Assembly: GCA_016930235.1 (NCBI GenBank) | Contig: JAFGHI010000045.1 | Span: 7,947-71,946 of the forward strand | Reading direction: 5' to 3' | Origin: Candidatus Omnitrophota bacterium | Lineage (GTDB): Bacteria; Omnitrophota; Omnitrophia; Omnitrophales; Aquincolibacteriaceae | DNA: 64,000 nucleotides | Program-made: the position numbers and the translations under genes | In this document: positions 10,275-18,842 of the stretch, piece after piece | Numbering within the stretch: position 1 is the first letter of the stretch | Layout of the letters: each line of letters opens with the position of its first letter | The notes under the pieces: generated by a model | Database searches by the model: none | The model's input: only the letters and a program-made list of their open reading frames with translations | What the model was told of the DNA's origin: nothing

Positions 10275-11312
10275 ATGCAGGAATTTTCAGGGGACGAACG
10301 GCAGTTTATTTTAAGGGAGATCGGACGCGAAGGGCAGCGCGCGCTGGATGCTTCGAGGGTCGCTATCGTGGGGATGGGTATTCTCGGTTCGATTGCCTCG
10401 GATATGCTTGCTCGTGCCGGCATCGGTGTTTTGCGGGTGATCGACCGTGATTTCCTGAAAGCGGGGGACAGGACTCATCAGGGGCTTTTTCGTCCCGAGG
10501 ATTTGGCCTTGAGACTGCCAAAGGCGACTGCGGCCGCAAAAAGGCTGCAGGAAATCAATCCGGAGATTTGCATTGAGCCGGTGATTGCGGATCTTGGGCC
10601 TGAGAATGTCGACGAGGTTTTAAAGGACATCCATCTCGTGATTGACGGGACCGATAATTTTGAAACGCGGTATTTGATCAATGATTTTTCACTTTCACAC
10701 AAAATCCCCTGGATTTATGGGGGGGCTTTGAGTACCGAAGGTATGTCGTATGTGATCTTGCCGGGAAAAGGGCCCTGCCTCCGGTGTCTTTTCGGAGAAG
10801 GACCTGTTTTTGGGGATAAACAAAGTTGTGATCAATGGGGAATTCTTGCGCCGGTAGGGCATCTCATTGCTTCCTTCCAGGTGATTGAGGCGATCAAGAT
10901 TTTGGCGGGGAAGTTCGATGCAGTAGAAAGGAAGCTTTGGAAGGTCGATCTTTGGAGCCGCCAGTTTAAAGCCATTTCGGTTCTTCATCTTGAATCCATG
11001 CCCTGTGAGGGTTGTAAGCGCGGGAAATATCCCTGGCTTGAGAAAAAAGAGGGGCTTCGTTTAATGGCGTGGCGGGGGAGAAATGCCGTTCAGGTTTCTT
11101 TTTCACCGGAGAATCGGGAGAAGCCCAATCTTGAAGAGCTGATCTCCAAATGGGGTCATCTTCGGGAAGTTTCACGGAATCCTTATTATGTCCGGGGCTG
11201 CGGGGAAGATTTCGAGATCACGGTTTTTCAATGCGGCCGGACCATTATCCAAGGGACAGAAGATCCCGGGAAGGCAAAAAGTCTTTATGAAAAATATATT
11301 TCTGCTCTTTAG
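10275..11312 (+). CDS. ThiF/MoeB-family adenylyltransferase
   Basis: GMGILGS, IDRD, DGTDNF, PCLRC, second CxxC (CEGC), long C-terminal extension. Confidence 0.85.
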   Translation: MQEFSGDERQFILREIGREGQRALDASRVAIVGMGILGSIASDMLARAGIGVLRVIDRDFLKAGDRTHQGLFRPEDLALRLPKATAAAKRLQEINPEICIEPVIADLGPENVDEVLKDIHLVIDGTDNFETRYLINDFSLSHKIPWIYGGALSTEGMSYVILPGKGPCLRCLFGEGPVFGDKQSCDQWGILAPVGHLIASFQVIEAIKILAGKFDAVERKLWKVDLWSRQFKAISVLHLESMPCEGCKRGKYPWLEKKEGLRLMAWRGRNAVQVSFSPENREKPNLEELISKWGHLREVSRNPYYVRGCGEDFEITVFQCGRTIIQGTEDPGKAKSLYEKYISAL

Positions 11313-11709
11313 ACGAATCCTTGCCGCTGGAGGGTTGGGCCTCTTTTTTTTCTGGGTCGCGTCGTCCGCTTTTGCGGAAACGGTCAAGGAAGCCACTCCT
11401 TTTAAGGTCCTTGAGAATGTCATTGATGAATTCCGAAAGCCGTTAGTCGATCCGGAGGCCTTCAAGGTCGAGGAGCAATCGGTCGATCCTCTCACGAATA
11501 AGCTTAATGAAAGCCGCAATAAGTTTTACAGGAAACGGCAGGAAAAAAGAAATAAGTTTCTTCAGCAGGTGCGCAAGGGAGAGTGGGACGCTAAAAAGCT
11601 TCAGGAAGAGCTGGCGAAATTTCAGCAAAAGGACCAAAAAGAACTGCAAAAATTTATGCGCAAACAAAGTAAAAAGTTAGAAAAATATTTGGATCAAAAG
11701 GGGTCGTAG
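11287..11709 (+). CDS. Hypothetical exported coiled-coil protein
   Basis: Signal peptide ending ASSAFA; K/E/Q-rich helical body; tightly coupled to neighbours. Confidence 0.65.
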   Translation: MKNIFLLFRRILAAGGLGLFFFWVASSAFAETVKEATPFKVLENVIDEFRKPLVDPEAFKVEEQSVDPLTNKLNESRNKFYRKRQEKRNKFLQQVRKGEWDAKKLQEELAKFQQKDQKELQKFMRKQSKKLEKYLDQKGS

Positions 11710-11712
11710 CAT

Positions 11713-12189
11713 ATGACGGATAAAGTTTTTTTAACGCGAGAAGGTTTCGAGAAACTTGCCGAAGAATTGAAATATTTAAAGACAAAGAAGCGCCGTGAAG
11801 TGGCCAACCAGCTGGAACACGCAAGGGCGTTAGGGGATTTGAGGGAGAATGCGGAGTACGAGACGGCCAAAGAGGCCAAACACCAGCTGGAATCGCGGAT
11901 CCATGACCTGGAAATGAAACTTGCGCGTGCCAAGATCGTTGAACCCGGGAACGTACCGATTGATAAAGCGTATGTCGGAACAACCTTGCAGCTGAAAAAT
12001 CTCAAGACGGGAGACACGCTGCAATACTCTTTAGTTCCGCAGGATGAGGCCGATTTTGATAAGGGGAAGATATCGGTCACCTCCCCGCTGGGCAAAGGCC
12101 TGCTTGGGAAAGCACCCAAGGAAGTTGCGGAGATCAAAGTGCCGGCGGGGATCCTTCAATTTGAAATTCTAAAGATTACGAGGTCCTAA
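11713..12189 (+). CDS. greA: Transcription elongation factor GreA
   Basis: LTREG, ARALGDLRENAEY, ISVTSPLGKGLLG. Confidence 0.96.
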   Translation: MTDKVFLTREGFEKLAEELKYLKTKKRREVANQLEHARALGDLRENAEYETAKEAKHQLESRIHDLEMKLARAKIVEPGNVPIDKAYVGTTLQLKNLKTGDTLQYSLVPQDEADFDKGKISVTSPLGKGLLGKAPKEVAEIKVPAGILQFEILKITRS

Positions 12190-13011
12190 ATGAAAATCAC
12201 ACAAGCTCCATTCTATTCTTTCTTTAGCATTCCGTTTTACCGCGAGGTTATTATGATGCCGCTCAGGAAGGGGTTCCTCTACCTTCTTTATCTGGCGGGG
12301 ATTGCGACGGCGGTTTTTGCGGTCTATGTTTCGTTGATCCTGGTTCCTCGGGTGAATAACTTTATCGGCTGGATGCAGCAGGAAATGCCGCCTCTTTTTT
12401 GGAACGGGGAAAGCCTGACGATGAGTACCCAGGAAGCCTATACCATGTTTCATCCGGAGCTGGGGCTGGTGGCGGTGATCGATACCAATCAAAAAGATAT
12501 CACGTTAGCTCAGATGGGAGATGCCCCCGTTTTTGTGACCTCCGAAAAAGTCTATATCAAAAGGGAGGGCGGGGGGCTTAACCTCTATCCCTTGGCGGAT
12601 TTTTTTAATCAGGGACCTGATACGAGGATGGAAGTCCAGTTCGACGGGAATTTTATCGACCAGTTTTACCGTTCCTGGAAACCCTGGGCAATTTTTTCCG
12701 CGTTGGTCTTTTATCTGCCTTTCTTTTTTATCTGGAAAATCGTGGCAGCACTTTTTTACTCGCTTTTCGGTCTCTTGGTGAATCAGTTCCGCAAGAACAA
12801 ACTGCCCTATTCGGCGGTGTTGAATGTTACGATCTTTGCCTTAACGCCGATGATTTTGATTCAGCTCTTGGGATTTTTCATCCCGGTTTTGAATCTGATC
12901 TTCTTGGGTTTTTTCGGGGCCTTTGTCGTGATGTGGATTTATCTCTTCTTGGGGATCAAACTGACGGAATCCGCTTCGGAGGTTGAACCGCCGCCGGAGA
13001 GCGGTCTTTAG
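12190..13011 (+). CDS. Membrane protein (DUF1189-like)
   Basis: One N-terminal TM helix, soluble loop, four C-terminal TM helices with ALTP motif. Confidence 0.6.
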   Translation: MKITQAPFYSFFSIPFYREVIMMPLRKGFLYLLYLAGIATAVFAVYVSLILVPRVNNFIGWMQQEMPPLFWNGESLTMSTQEAYTMFHPELGLVAVIDTNQKDITLAQMGDAPVFVTSEKVYIKREGGGLNLYPLADFFNQGPDTRMEVQFDGNFIDQFYRSWKPWAIFSALVFYLPFFFIWKIVAALFYSLFGLLVNQFRKNKLPYSAVLNVTIFALTPMILIQLLGFFIPVLNLIFLGFFGAFVVMWIYLFLGIKLTESASEVEPPPESGL

Positions 13012-13901
13012 AATTCTTCCTTCCGTTTCTTTGCGGAAGCCGTATGTTTTTTGGTTTCGGATAGAGAAATCAGGGACCCTCCCAGAATAATGAGAAAGGC
13101 ACCGAAGGCAGAAAACACGGTGGGAATCTCGCCGAAGAAAACTATCCCGTAAAGAAAAGTTAAAAGGGGTGTGACATACGAAAAGGGCCCTAAAAGGGAC
13201 GCCGGTGCCCGTCTTAAGGAAATCGTCAGCCAGAGTTGTCCGAAGAAAGATCCGATGGCTACACCGATGAGGGCAAGCCAAGCTTTGGGATTCGGCCAGA
13301 CGAATCCAAAGGGAAGATAAAAAAGAGACCCCAGCGTTGAAATTCCGGTGAAATAAAAAATGATGGTGAGGGGAGATTCCCGATGTTTGACGGCACGAAT
13401 CAGGACATAAGCGATTGAAGCGAAGAACGCCGACAGGAGCCCAAAGAGTACATAGATATTCCAATCCGGGAATTGTCCTTCCACCAGAAAATAAACGCCC
13501 AAGAAGGCGGTCAAGATCATGCCCGTAAGCAGCCGGCTTGGGCGTTCACCCAAAAAGGCGGTTGCTAAGATAGCGGCAAAGATGGGGGATGTGTAATTAA
13601 GCAGAACGGCGGTCCCCAGCGGAATTTTTGAAATCGTATAAAAGAAAAGGGACAAAGCGGCAAAACCGCTCAAACCCCGGAAAAACATCAACCGCCTTTG
13701 CTGTCCGAGAAGCGGGACCTTCTTTGCGATCATTACGGTGAGGATGAGAAGGGTGCCGAAGAGGCTCCGGAAGAAGACAATCTCTAGACTTGGTAGCCAG
13801 CGGCTTACCGTTTTGACGCAAAGCGCCATCACGGAGAAGGCAATCGAAGCCTGCACCATATAAAGGATGCCGGACAAATAGAATTTTGATCGTTTTTTCA
13901 T
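13008..13901 (-). CDS. DMT/EamA-family transporter
   Basis: About 10 TM segments; EIVFFRS, NYTSPIF, FLGER, FFGE motifs; start uncertain (13901-13925). Confidence 0.88.
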   Translation of the reverse strand: MKKRSKFYLSGILYMVQASIAFSVMALCVKTVSRWLPSLEIVFFRSLFGTLLILTVMIAKKVPLLGQQRRLMFFRGLSGFAALSLFFYTISKIPLGTAVLLNYTSPIFAAILATAFLGERPSRLLTGMILTAFLGVYFLVEGQFPDWNIYVLFGLLSAFFASIAYVLIRAVKHRESPLTIIFYFTGISTLGSLFYLPFGFVWPNPKAWLALIGVAIGSFFGQLWLTISLRRAPASLLGPFSYVTPLLTFLYGIVFFGEIPTVFSAFGAFLIILGGSLISLSETKKHTASAKKRKEEF

Positions 13902-13934
13902 AAGCGGGAAAATCATATAATACACGAAATCCCG

Positions 13935-14690
13935 ATGATTGCGAGAAGGACGATGACAAAAAGGTGTTGTTTCGCATTTTTATTTTGCTTCCTGCTTTCT
14001 TCCAACTTCGCATTTGCAGGCGGATGGATTGAATTATCAGGTTCTCAAAAAGCCTATCTGGCTGTTCCCGACTGGAAAGAACAGGAATTTTTCCCCGTCG
14101 TGATTTTGGCTCACGGTCCCTGGGGGTTGGATCGCGAAATCCAGCGGACGGCGGATCGATTGGCCGAGGAAGGCTTTATCGCCTTGGCACCGGATTTTTA
14201 TGGCGGTGCCGTCATTGGAAATGAAGTCGAAGCCTACGAGAAAATGCAGACGTTGATTACAGAAGATGTTTTGTACCTTTTGATCGAGACTGTCGATTTT
14301 GCCCAAGATTATCCGCGCTCAGACCCGGAAAGGATCGGGATGATCGGATGGGCGAACGGCGGCGAGTTTTCGTTGAATTATGCCGTCAAGGATCTCCGCA
14401 TACGGGCCCTTGTGATTTATTACGGAAATATTCCTGCTGGGGAAAAGACCTTAGAAGGTCTTAAGATCCCGCTTCTCGGACTTTACGGTAAGAAAGACAA
14501 GAGTTTTACCCTTCGGGATGTCGAGGCGTTATGGTTTCGTTTAAGCCAGCTTCATAAACGTTCGACGCTTCATCTTTATGAAAAGGGAAGGTTTGGATTT
14601 GATCATCCGCGCCAGAGCGGTTACGATCCGTTGATAGCAGAAGATGCTTGGGAGAAGACGCGGGTGTTTTTGAAGGCGAATTTGGCGTGA
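13935..14690 (+). CDS. Exported dienelactone hydrolase-family protein lacking the nucleophile Cys and catalytic His
   Basis: HGPWGL, RLAEEGFIALAPDFY, IGMIGWANGG, YYG, AEDAW; signal peptide ending AFA. Confidence 0.8.
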   Translation: MIARRTMTKRCCFAFLFCFLLSSNFAFAGGWIELSGSQKAYLAVPDWKEQEFFPVVILAHGPWGLDREIQRTADRLAEEGFIALAPDFYGGAVIGNEVEAYEKMQTLITEDVLYLLIETVDFAQDYPRSDPERIGMIGWANGGEFSLNYAVKDLRIRALVIYYGNIPAGEKTLEGLKIPLLGLYGKKDKSFTLRDVEALWFRLSQLHKRSTLHLYEKGRFGFDHPRQSGYDPLIAEDAWEKTRVFLKANLA

Positions 14691-14691
14691 A

Positions 14692-14757
14692 AGCTACAAG
14701 CCACAGGCTGCAGGCTTCAAAAAGCTTTTTGTAGCTTGCGGCCTGCAGCTTGCAGCT
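14692..14757. repeat. 7-nt-periodic inverted repeat element
   Basis: AGCTACA AGCCACA GGCTGCA GGCTTCA ... TGTAGCT TGCGGCC TGCAGCT TGCAGCT. Confidence 0.7.
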
Positions 14758-14772
14758 CATCCAAGGATAACG

Positions 14773-15420
14773 ATGAAAGAATCGATCAATCAGAAAAAAG
14801 ACCGCGTTAAAAAAATCATCCCGCGTTTGCGCCGAGTTTATCCCGAGGCGAAAACGGCGCTCGATTTCAGGACGCCCTTTCAGTTGTTGGTGGCCACCAT
14901 CCTCTCAGCCCAGTGTACGGATAAAAGAGTGAATATGGTGACGCCGGCCTTGTTTAAGAGGTATTCAACGGCCCGGGATTTTGTCGGAGCTCAAGCTTCT
15001 GAACTGGAAGATTTGATTCGAACGACGGGTTTTTATAAGAATAAGACAAAAAATATTTTGGGGGCATCCAAGGCAATCGTGGAACGTTTCGGCGGTGAAA
15101 TCCCCGGGCGATTGGAAGATTTGGTGACGCTTCCGGGAGTGGGGAGAAAGACTGCGAATGTTGTTCTGGGCAGCGCCTTTGGAATCCCGGGGCTGACGGT
15201 GGACACGCATATGATCCGTTTGAATCAGCGGCTTGGATTGACGAGGCATTCGGATGCGGTCAAGATCGAATTTGATTTGATGAAGATTGTGCCCGAAAAA
15301 GAATGGACGAATTATTCCCACCTTATTATCTCTCACGGGCGGGCGCGTTGTACGGCCCGTAAACCGGATTGTGTCGGCTGCGAAATCAATCATCTCTGTC
15401 CGTCAAAAGGGAAAGTCTAG
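14773..15420 (+). CDS. nth: Endonuclease III
   Basis: LLVATILSAQCTDKRVN, LPGVGRKTANVV, VDTH, C-x6-C-x2-C-x5-C. Confidence 0.96.
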   Translation: MKESINQKKDRVKKIIPRLRRVYPEAKTALDFRTPFQLLVATILSAQCTDKRVNMVTPALFKRYSTARDFVGAQASELEDLIRTTGFYKNKTKNILGASKAIVERFGGEIPGRLEDLVTLPGVGRKTANVVLGSAFGIPGLTVDTHMIRLNQRLGLTRHSDAVKIEFDLMKIVPEKEWTNYSHLIISHGRARCTARKPDCVGCEINHLCPSKGKV

Positions 15421-15423
15421 ACG

Positions 15424-16536
15424 ATGGAAACTCAGGGGAAAATTGACAGCGCTTCGGTTAAACAATTAGCGTTTGAGATGGGATTCCATCAAGTTGGGGT
15501 CACTTCTTTTACAGGGCTTCGTGAAGCTGAGCCTGCCCTTCAGGAGTGGATCCAGGAAGGCCGGCACGGAACGATGAAATATCTGGCAGATTTTAAAAAG
15601 CGCCGCGAGCAATTGATCGAAAAATGTCCTGGCGCGAAGAGTGTGATTGTTCTGGCGGTGAATTATTACAGTACCGGTTCCAAAAGTGCCAGGTTTACGG
15701 GGGATGCTTACCGTGATGAAAAACCCGGTACTTTTGGAACCGGTAGCGTGATTGACGCGGTTGCCCTTTATGCCCAAGGCCGGGATTATCATGAGGTGAT
15801 CCAGGGAAAACACAAAGTTTTTATCGGAAAACTTCGGGGTCAATTACAAATTCCTTTCCAAGCTGTTTCCTGCGTGGATATTCAGCCTGTTCCGGAAAGA
15901 TTTGCCGCTGTTCGAGCCGGTCTTGGGTTTATCGGAAAGCACACAGGACTTTTGAGCCGTGAGTTTGGTCCCTGGCTTTTTCTCTCCGAGATCGTGACTG
16001 ATTTAGATTTGGTGGAAGATTCTCCGGCGGTGGGGGATTGCGGAAGCTGCCGGAAATGCCAGGTGGCCTGTCCAACGAAGGCGCTCGATCAGGATTACCG
16101 GATCGATGCGAGGCTTTGTCTGGCGTATCTGACGATCGAACATAAAGGGGCGATCCCTGAGGAGCTTCGTTCGAAGGTCGGTAACCGGATTTTCGGTTGC
16201 GATGAATGTTTGAAGGCATGTCCTTTTACCTCTTATCAAAAGAAAACCTCATGGCCGGAATTTCTTCCCGAATCCGGAGTCGGCCCTCGGATTGATTTCG
16301 AGAAATTGTTTTCTCTCCCCAGTAATCGAGCCTATGAAAAATGCTTCGCTCACACGGCCCTCACACGAACAGGAAAGAAACAAATGCTTCGCAATGTCTG
16401 CATCGTGATGGGTAATTCCGGAGATAAGGCCTATCTTCCTTTCTTGGAGAAGGTGGGCCGGGACGAGTCTTCGCTGGTGCGCGAACACGCTTCCTGGGCC
16501 TTGGCCCAAATCCAAACCGCTTCGCCCACCTCGTAG
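15424..16536 (+). CDS. queG: Epoxyqueuosine reductase QueG
   Basis: YAQGRDYH, AGLGFIGKH, CGSCRKCQVACPT, DARLC, FGCDECLKACP, HEAT-like tail. Confidence 0.92.
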   Translation: METQGKIDSASVKQLAFEMGFHQVGVTSFTGLREAEPALQEWIQEGRHGTMKYLADFKKRREQLIEKCPGAKSVIVLAVNYYSTGSKSARFTGDAYRDEKPGTFGTGSVIDAVALYAQGRDYHEVIQGKHKVFIGKLRGQLQIPFQAVSCVDIQPVPERFAAVRAGLGFIGKHTGLLSREFGPWLFLSEIVTDLDLVEDSPAVGDCGSCRKCQVACPTKALDQDYRIDARLCLAYLTIEHKGAIPEELRSKVGNRIFGCDECLKACPFTSYQKKTSWPEFLPESGVGPRIDFEKLFSLPSNRAYEKCFAHTALTRTGKKQMLRNVCIVMGNSGDKAYLPFLEKVGRDESSLVREHASWALAQIQTASPTS

Positions 16537-16682
16537 ATGTCCTTTTTCTTAACGAGTGTATGCGGTCCGACATCGATACCGGGGTTGAGGAAATGACGGG
16601 CGTTAGGAATGTTAGAATCGGACACCTACGAGGTGGGCAGGCAGGCGCTAGCGGTGCTTTACAGGGAAGGGGATTTAAATTA

Positions 16683-16711
16683 TTGACAAATAAAGGGTTA
16701 TAGGGCAATAT
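16683..16711 (+). promoter_or_regulatory. Putative sigma70 promoter of csp
   Basis: Perfect TTGACA, 17 nt, weak -10 CAATAT. Confidence 0.45.
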
Positions 16712-16717
16712 TTTAAT

Positions 16718-16934
16718 CAGCAGCATCGTAGTAGTAAGGGAGTATGAGATCGTAGTAATCGTAGAGCACAGTAGTTTGGCTTGAAGGTTCCTTGTTTCAA
16801 CTTCAGCTCTGTAAGCAGGTATTTACGAGATGGAGCACCAGTCACCGAATCCGCAAGATGTTCGAGCAGTCGGTCCTGTTAAATTTACTACCCGCTGTTT
16901 ACCTTAATTGCTTTTCGAAAGGAGAAAGGTATCC
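16718..16934 (+). ncRNA. Candidate structured 5' leader RNA of csp
   Basis: About 215-nt leader; GTAGTAA near the 5' end is complementary to TTACTAC (16885-16891); internal hairpins; ATCGTAG occurs three times. Confidence 0.45.
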
Positions 16935-17135
16935 ATGGAAAAAGGATATGTGAAATGGTTTAACAATTCCAAGGGATATGGCTTTATTGCCCGCGAGTCC
17001 GGCGATGATGTGTTTGTGCATCACACCGGGATTGCCGGGGATGGCTATAAATCTTTGGAAGAAGGCCAAAAGGTCGAGTTTGAAGTGACCAAAGGCCCCA
17101 AGGGTCTTCAAGCCCAGAACGTCGTTAAGATTTAA
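16935..17135 (+). CDS. Cold-shock protein (CspA family)
   Basis: GYVKWFN, KGYGFI (RNP1), DVFVH (RNP2), [10 protein letters not shown]; RBS GGAG. Confidence 0.97.
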   Translation: MEKGYVKWFNNSKGYGFIARESGDDVFVHHTGIAGDGYKSLEEGQKVEFEVTKGPKGLQAQNVVKI

Positions 17136-17149
17136 CTTCGTTTTAACCG

Positions 17150-17192
17150 AAAAGAGCGGCTTCTTGTCTTTCGATGAGAAGCCGCTTTTTTT
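17150..17192 (+). terminator. Intrinsic terminator after csp
   Basis: AGCGGCTTCT...AGAAGCCGCT followed by T-tract. Confidence 0.85.
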
Positions 17193-17297
17193 CTGCCTTC
17201 AAATTCGTTTGAGGTTTCCCGCCGAATGTTGTATGTTGGGAAGGATTTCGCGGAAGACAAGGGGAGCCCCAAAAGCCCCCCCAAAAGGAGAAAAGAC

Positions 17298-17663
17298 ATG
17301 AGTTACCGGATTCTATTTGTTTTATCTGTGGTGTTCCTCACAGGCTGCTCGGCCCAGAGTCAATCCTTCCAAAAAGGCAACACCAGTTTAACGGACGAGA
17401 ATATTGAACTCGTTCAAGCCGGGATGCGAAGCGAAGAAGTCCTTAGCGTTCTGGGAGAAGCCGATGAGATCATCCCGCAAAAGGACGGGACCGAGGTCTG
17501 GATTTACCGTTCGGCCGAGAGCCAAAAGAACCGGGCCACGGATTTTTCCAAGAAAACGACCCGTGTCCGAGCCAAACGCCTTGAAGTCGAGGTCAATGCC
17601 GACGGGATCGTGACGAATGTCGTTTACGACGAATCGGATGAGACCAAGAAAAGCGTCTTTTAA
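17298..17663 (+). CDS. SmpA/BamE-like outer-membrane lipoprotein
   Basis: Lipobox LTGC; GM..EEV..VLG...W.Y pattern; RBS AGGAG. Confidence 0.7.
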   Translation: MSYRILFVLSVVFLTGCSAQSQSFQKGNTSLTDENIELVQAGMRSEEVLSVLGEADEIIPQKDGTEVWIYRSAESQKNRATDFSKKTTRVRAKRLEVEVNADGIVTNVVYDESDETKKSVF

Positions 17664-17708
17664 TAGCGTCTGAATCGATCTCCGATATATCCGGAAAGGA
17701 GATGAGCT

Positions 17709-17999
17709 ATGGATGAAGAGAAAGCTTATGTGAGCGGTATCGAAGAGCAGCTGAAACTCTGGCAGGAGGCCATGGACAAGATCCAGAAAAAGATCGCGAA
17801 ACTCTCCCACGATGAAAAGGTCCAGTGCCAGGATATCGTGAAGAATTTTTATGAGAAAATGCCCGTGGTTTATCAGCATTTGGATGCCCTGCAAAAGGCA
17901 ACTCCCGAGACGCGCGACAAGATTAAGCATGATATTGAAAGTTCGACAGGAGAGTTGAAGGCGGCGATCGAGAAATTGACGACAGAACTTGGGTCATAA
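17709..17999 (+). CDS. Small coiled-coil hypothetical protein
   Basis: 96 aa helical ORF with AGGAG RBS. Confidence 0.7.
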   Translation: MDEEKAYVSGIEEQLKLWQEAMDKIQKKIAKLSHDEKVQCQDIVKNFYEKMPVVYQHLDALQKATPETRDKIKHDIESSTGELKAAIEKLTTELGS

Positions 18000-18030
18000 A
18001 AACGACAGGGATTGCTGAACGGTTCAACGG

Positions 18031-18819
18031 GTGATTGAAACGGGGAAAAAGAGAAAAAGGAGAGCCTTTGTGTTGAAAACAACTCGTAGCCTGGGGGGGC
18101 TACTTTTGTGTCTTACATGTTCTTTTTTGAGTCTTCAGGCAGAAGAAGCGGTAGACCTGCCGCGTGTCGATGGGATTGTTTATGATGCCGACACACCGGC
18201 GAATTCCGCAGCTATTATTGACGAAACACCGCTTGGTGTCGGAGACCAGATAAAAGGTTTTCGCATCACAGAGATCCAGAGGAAGCTCGTTTTCCTGGAA
18301 GATGAAACAACTGGAGAAACGGTGACGCTTGAAATAACAGGCGGCCGGAAGGAACCCGAGAAGCCGGCCGAGATTCCGCAGGTTGAGATCGTCGAAGAGA
18401 CCACCGTCCAGCCGCTTTCAGCTATGGAGACCCTGCAGTATTACTGGCGTGAGTTGTGGATAAGGCTTTTCCCAGAAAAAGAAACTGCAGGGCCTCAAGG
18501 CATTCCCGAGCAGGCGAAAAAGGTTGCGCGTCAGGTCTTCAATGCGGGTCTTCAGTATTATTTGGACGAGAGCCGGCAACCGTCCGATATTCAGGTCCTG
18601 ATTTCTGCGGGTTATCTGAAATACGATTTTGACCGTGCGGTCAAAGATGCTTACCGATTTTATTTTGATAAGGACAAGAAAAAGCCCGGGGTCCATGCCG
18701 ATCCCCTCGGCCCCGAAGCCGTTTATCCGTACTATTTTTTGGACCGGGCCTACCGGATGCATGTCTCACCGGACGGTCCCGCAACGGCTGAAAGTCCAAT
18801 CGATTCGGGGGAATTTTAA
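18031..18819 (+). CDS. Exported hypothetical protein; GspB/PilP-like N-domain and pilin-head-like C-domain
   Basis: Signal peptide; GIVYD...AII....GD.I.G pattern; C-part YYLD..QPSDIQVLISAGYL...Y.F...ADP...YFLD; start uncertain. Confidence 0.5.
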   Translation: MIETGKKRKRRAFVLKTTRSLGGLLLCLTCSFLSLQAEEAVDLPRVDGIVYDADTPANSAAIIDETPLGVGDQIKGFRITEIQRKLVFLEDETTGETVTLEITGGRKEPEKPAEIPQVEIVEETTVQPLSAMETLQYYWRELWIRLFPEKETAGPQGIPEQAKKVARQVFNAGLQYYLDESRQPSDIQVLISAGYLKYDFDRAVKDAYRFYFDKDKKKPGVHADPLGPEAVYPYYFLDRAYRMHVSPDGPATAESPIDSGEF

Positions 18820-18842
18820 AAAAAGGAATTTCTGCCGACTCT

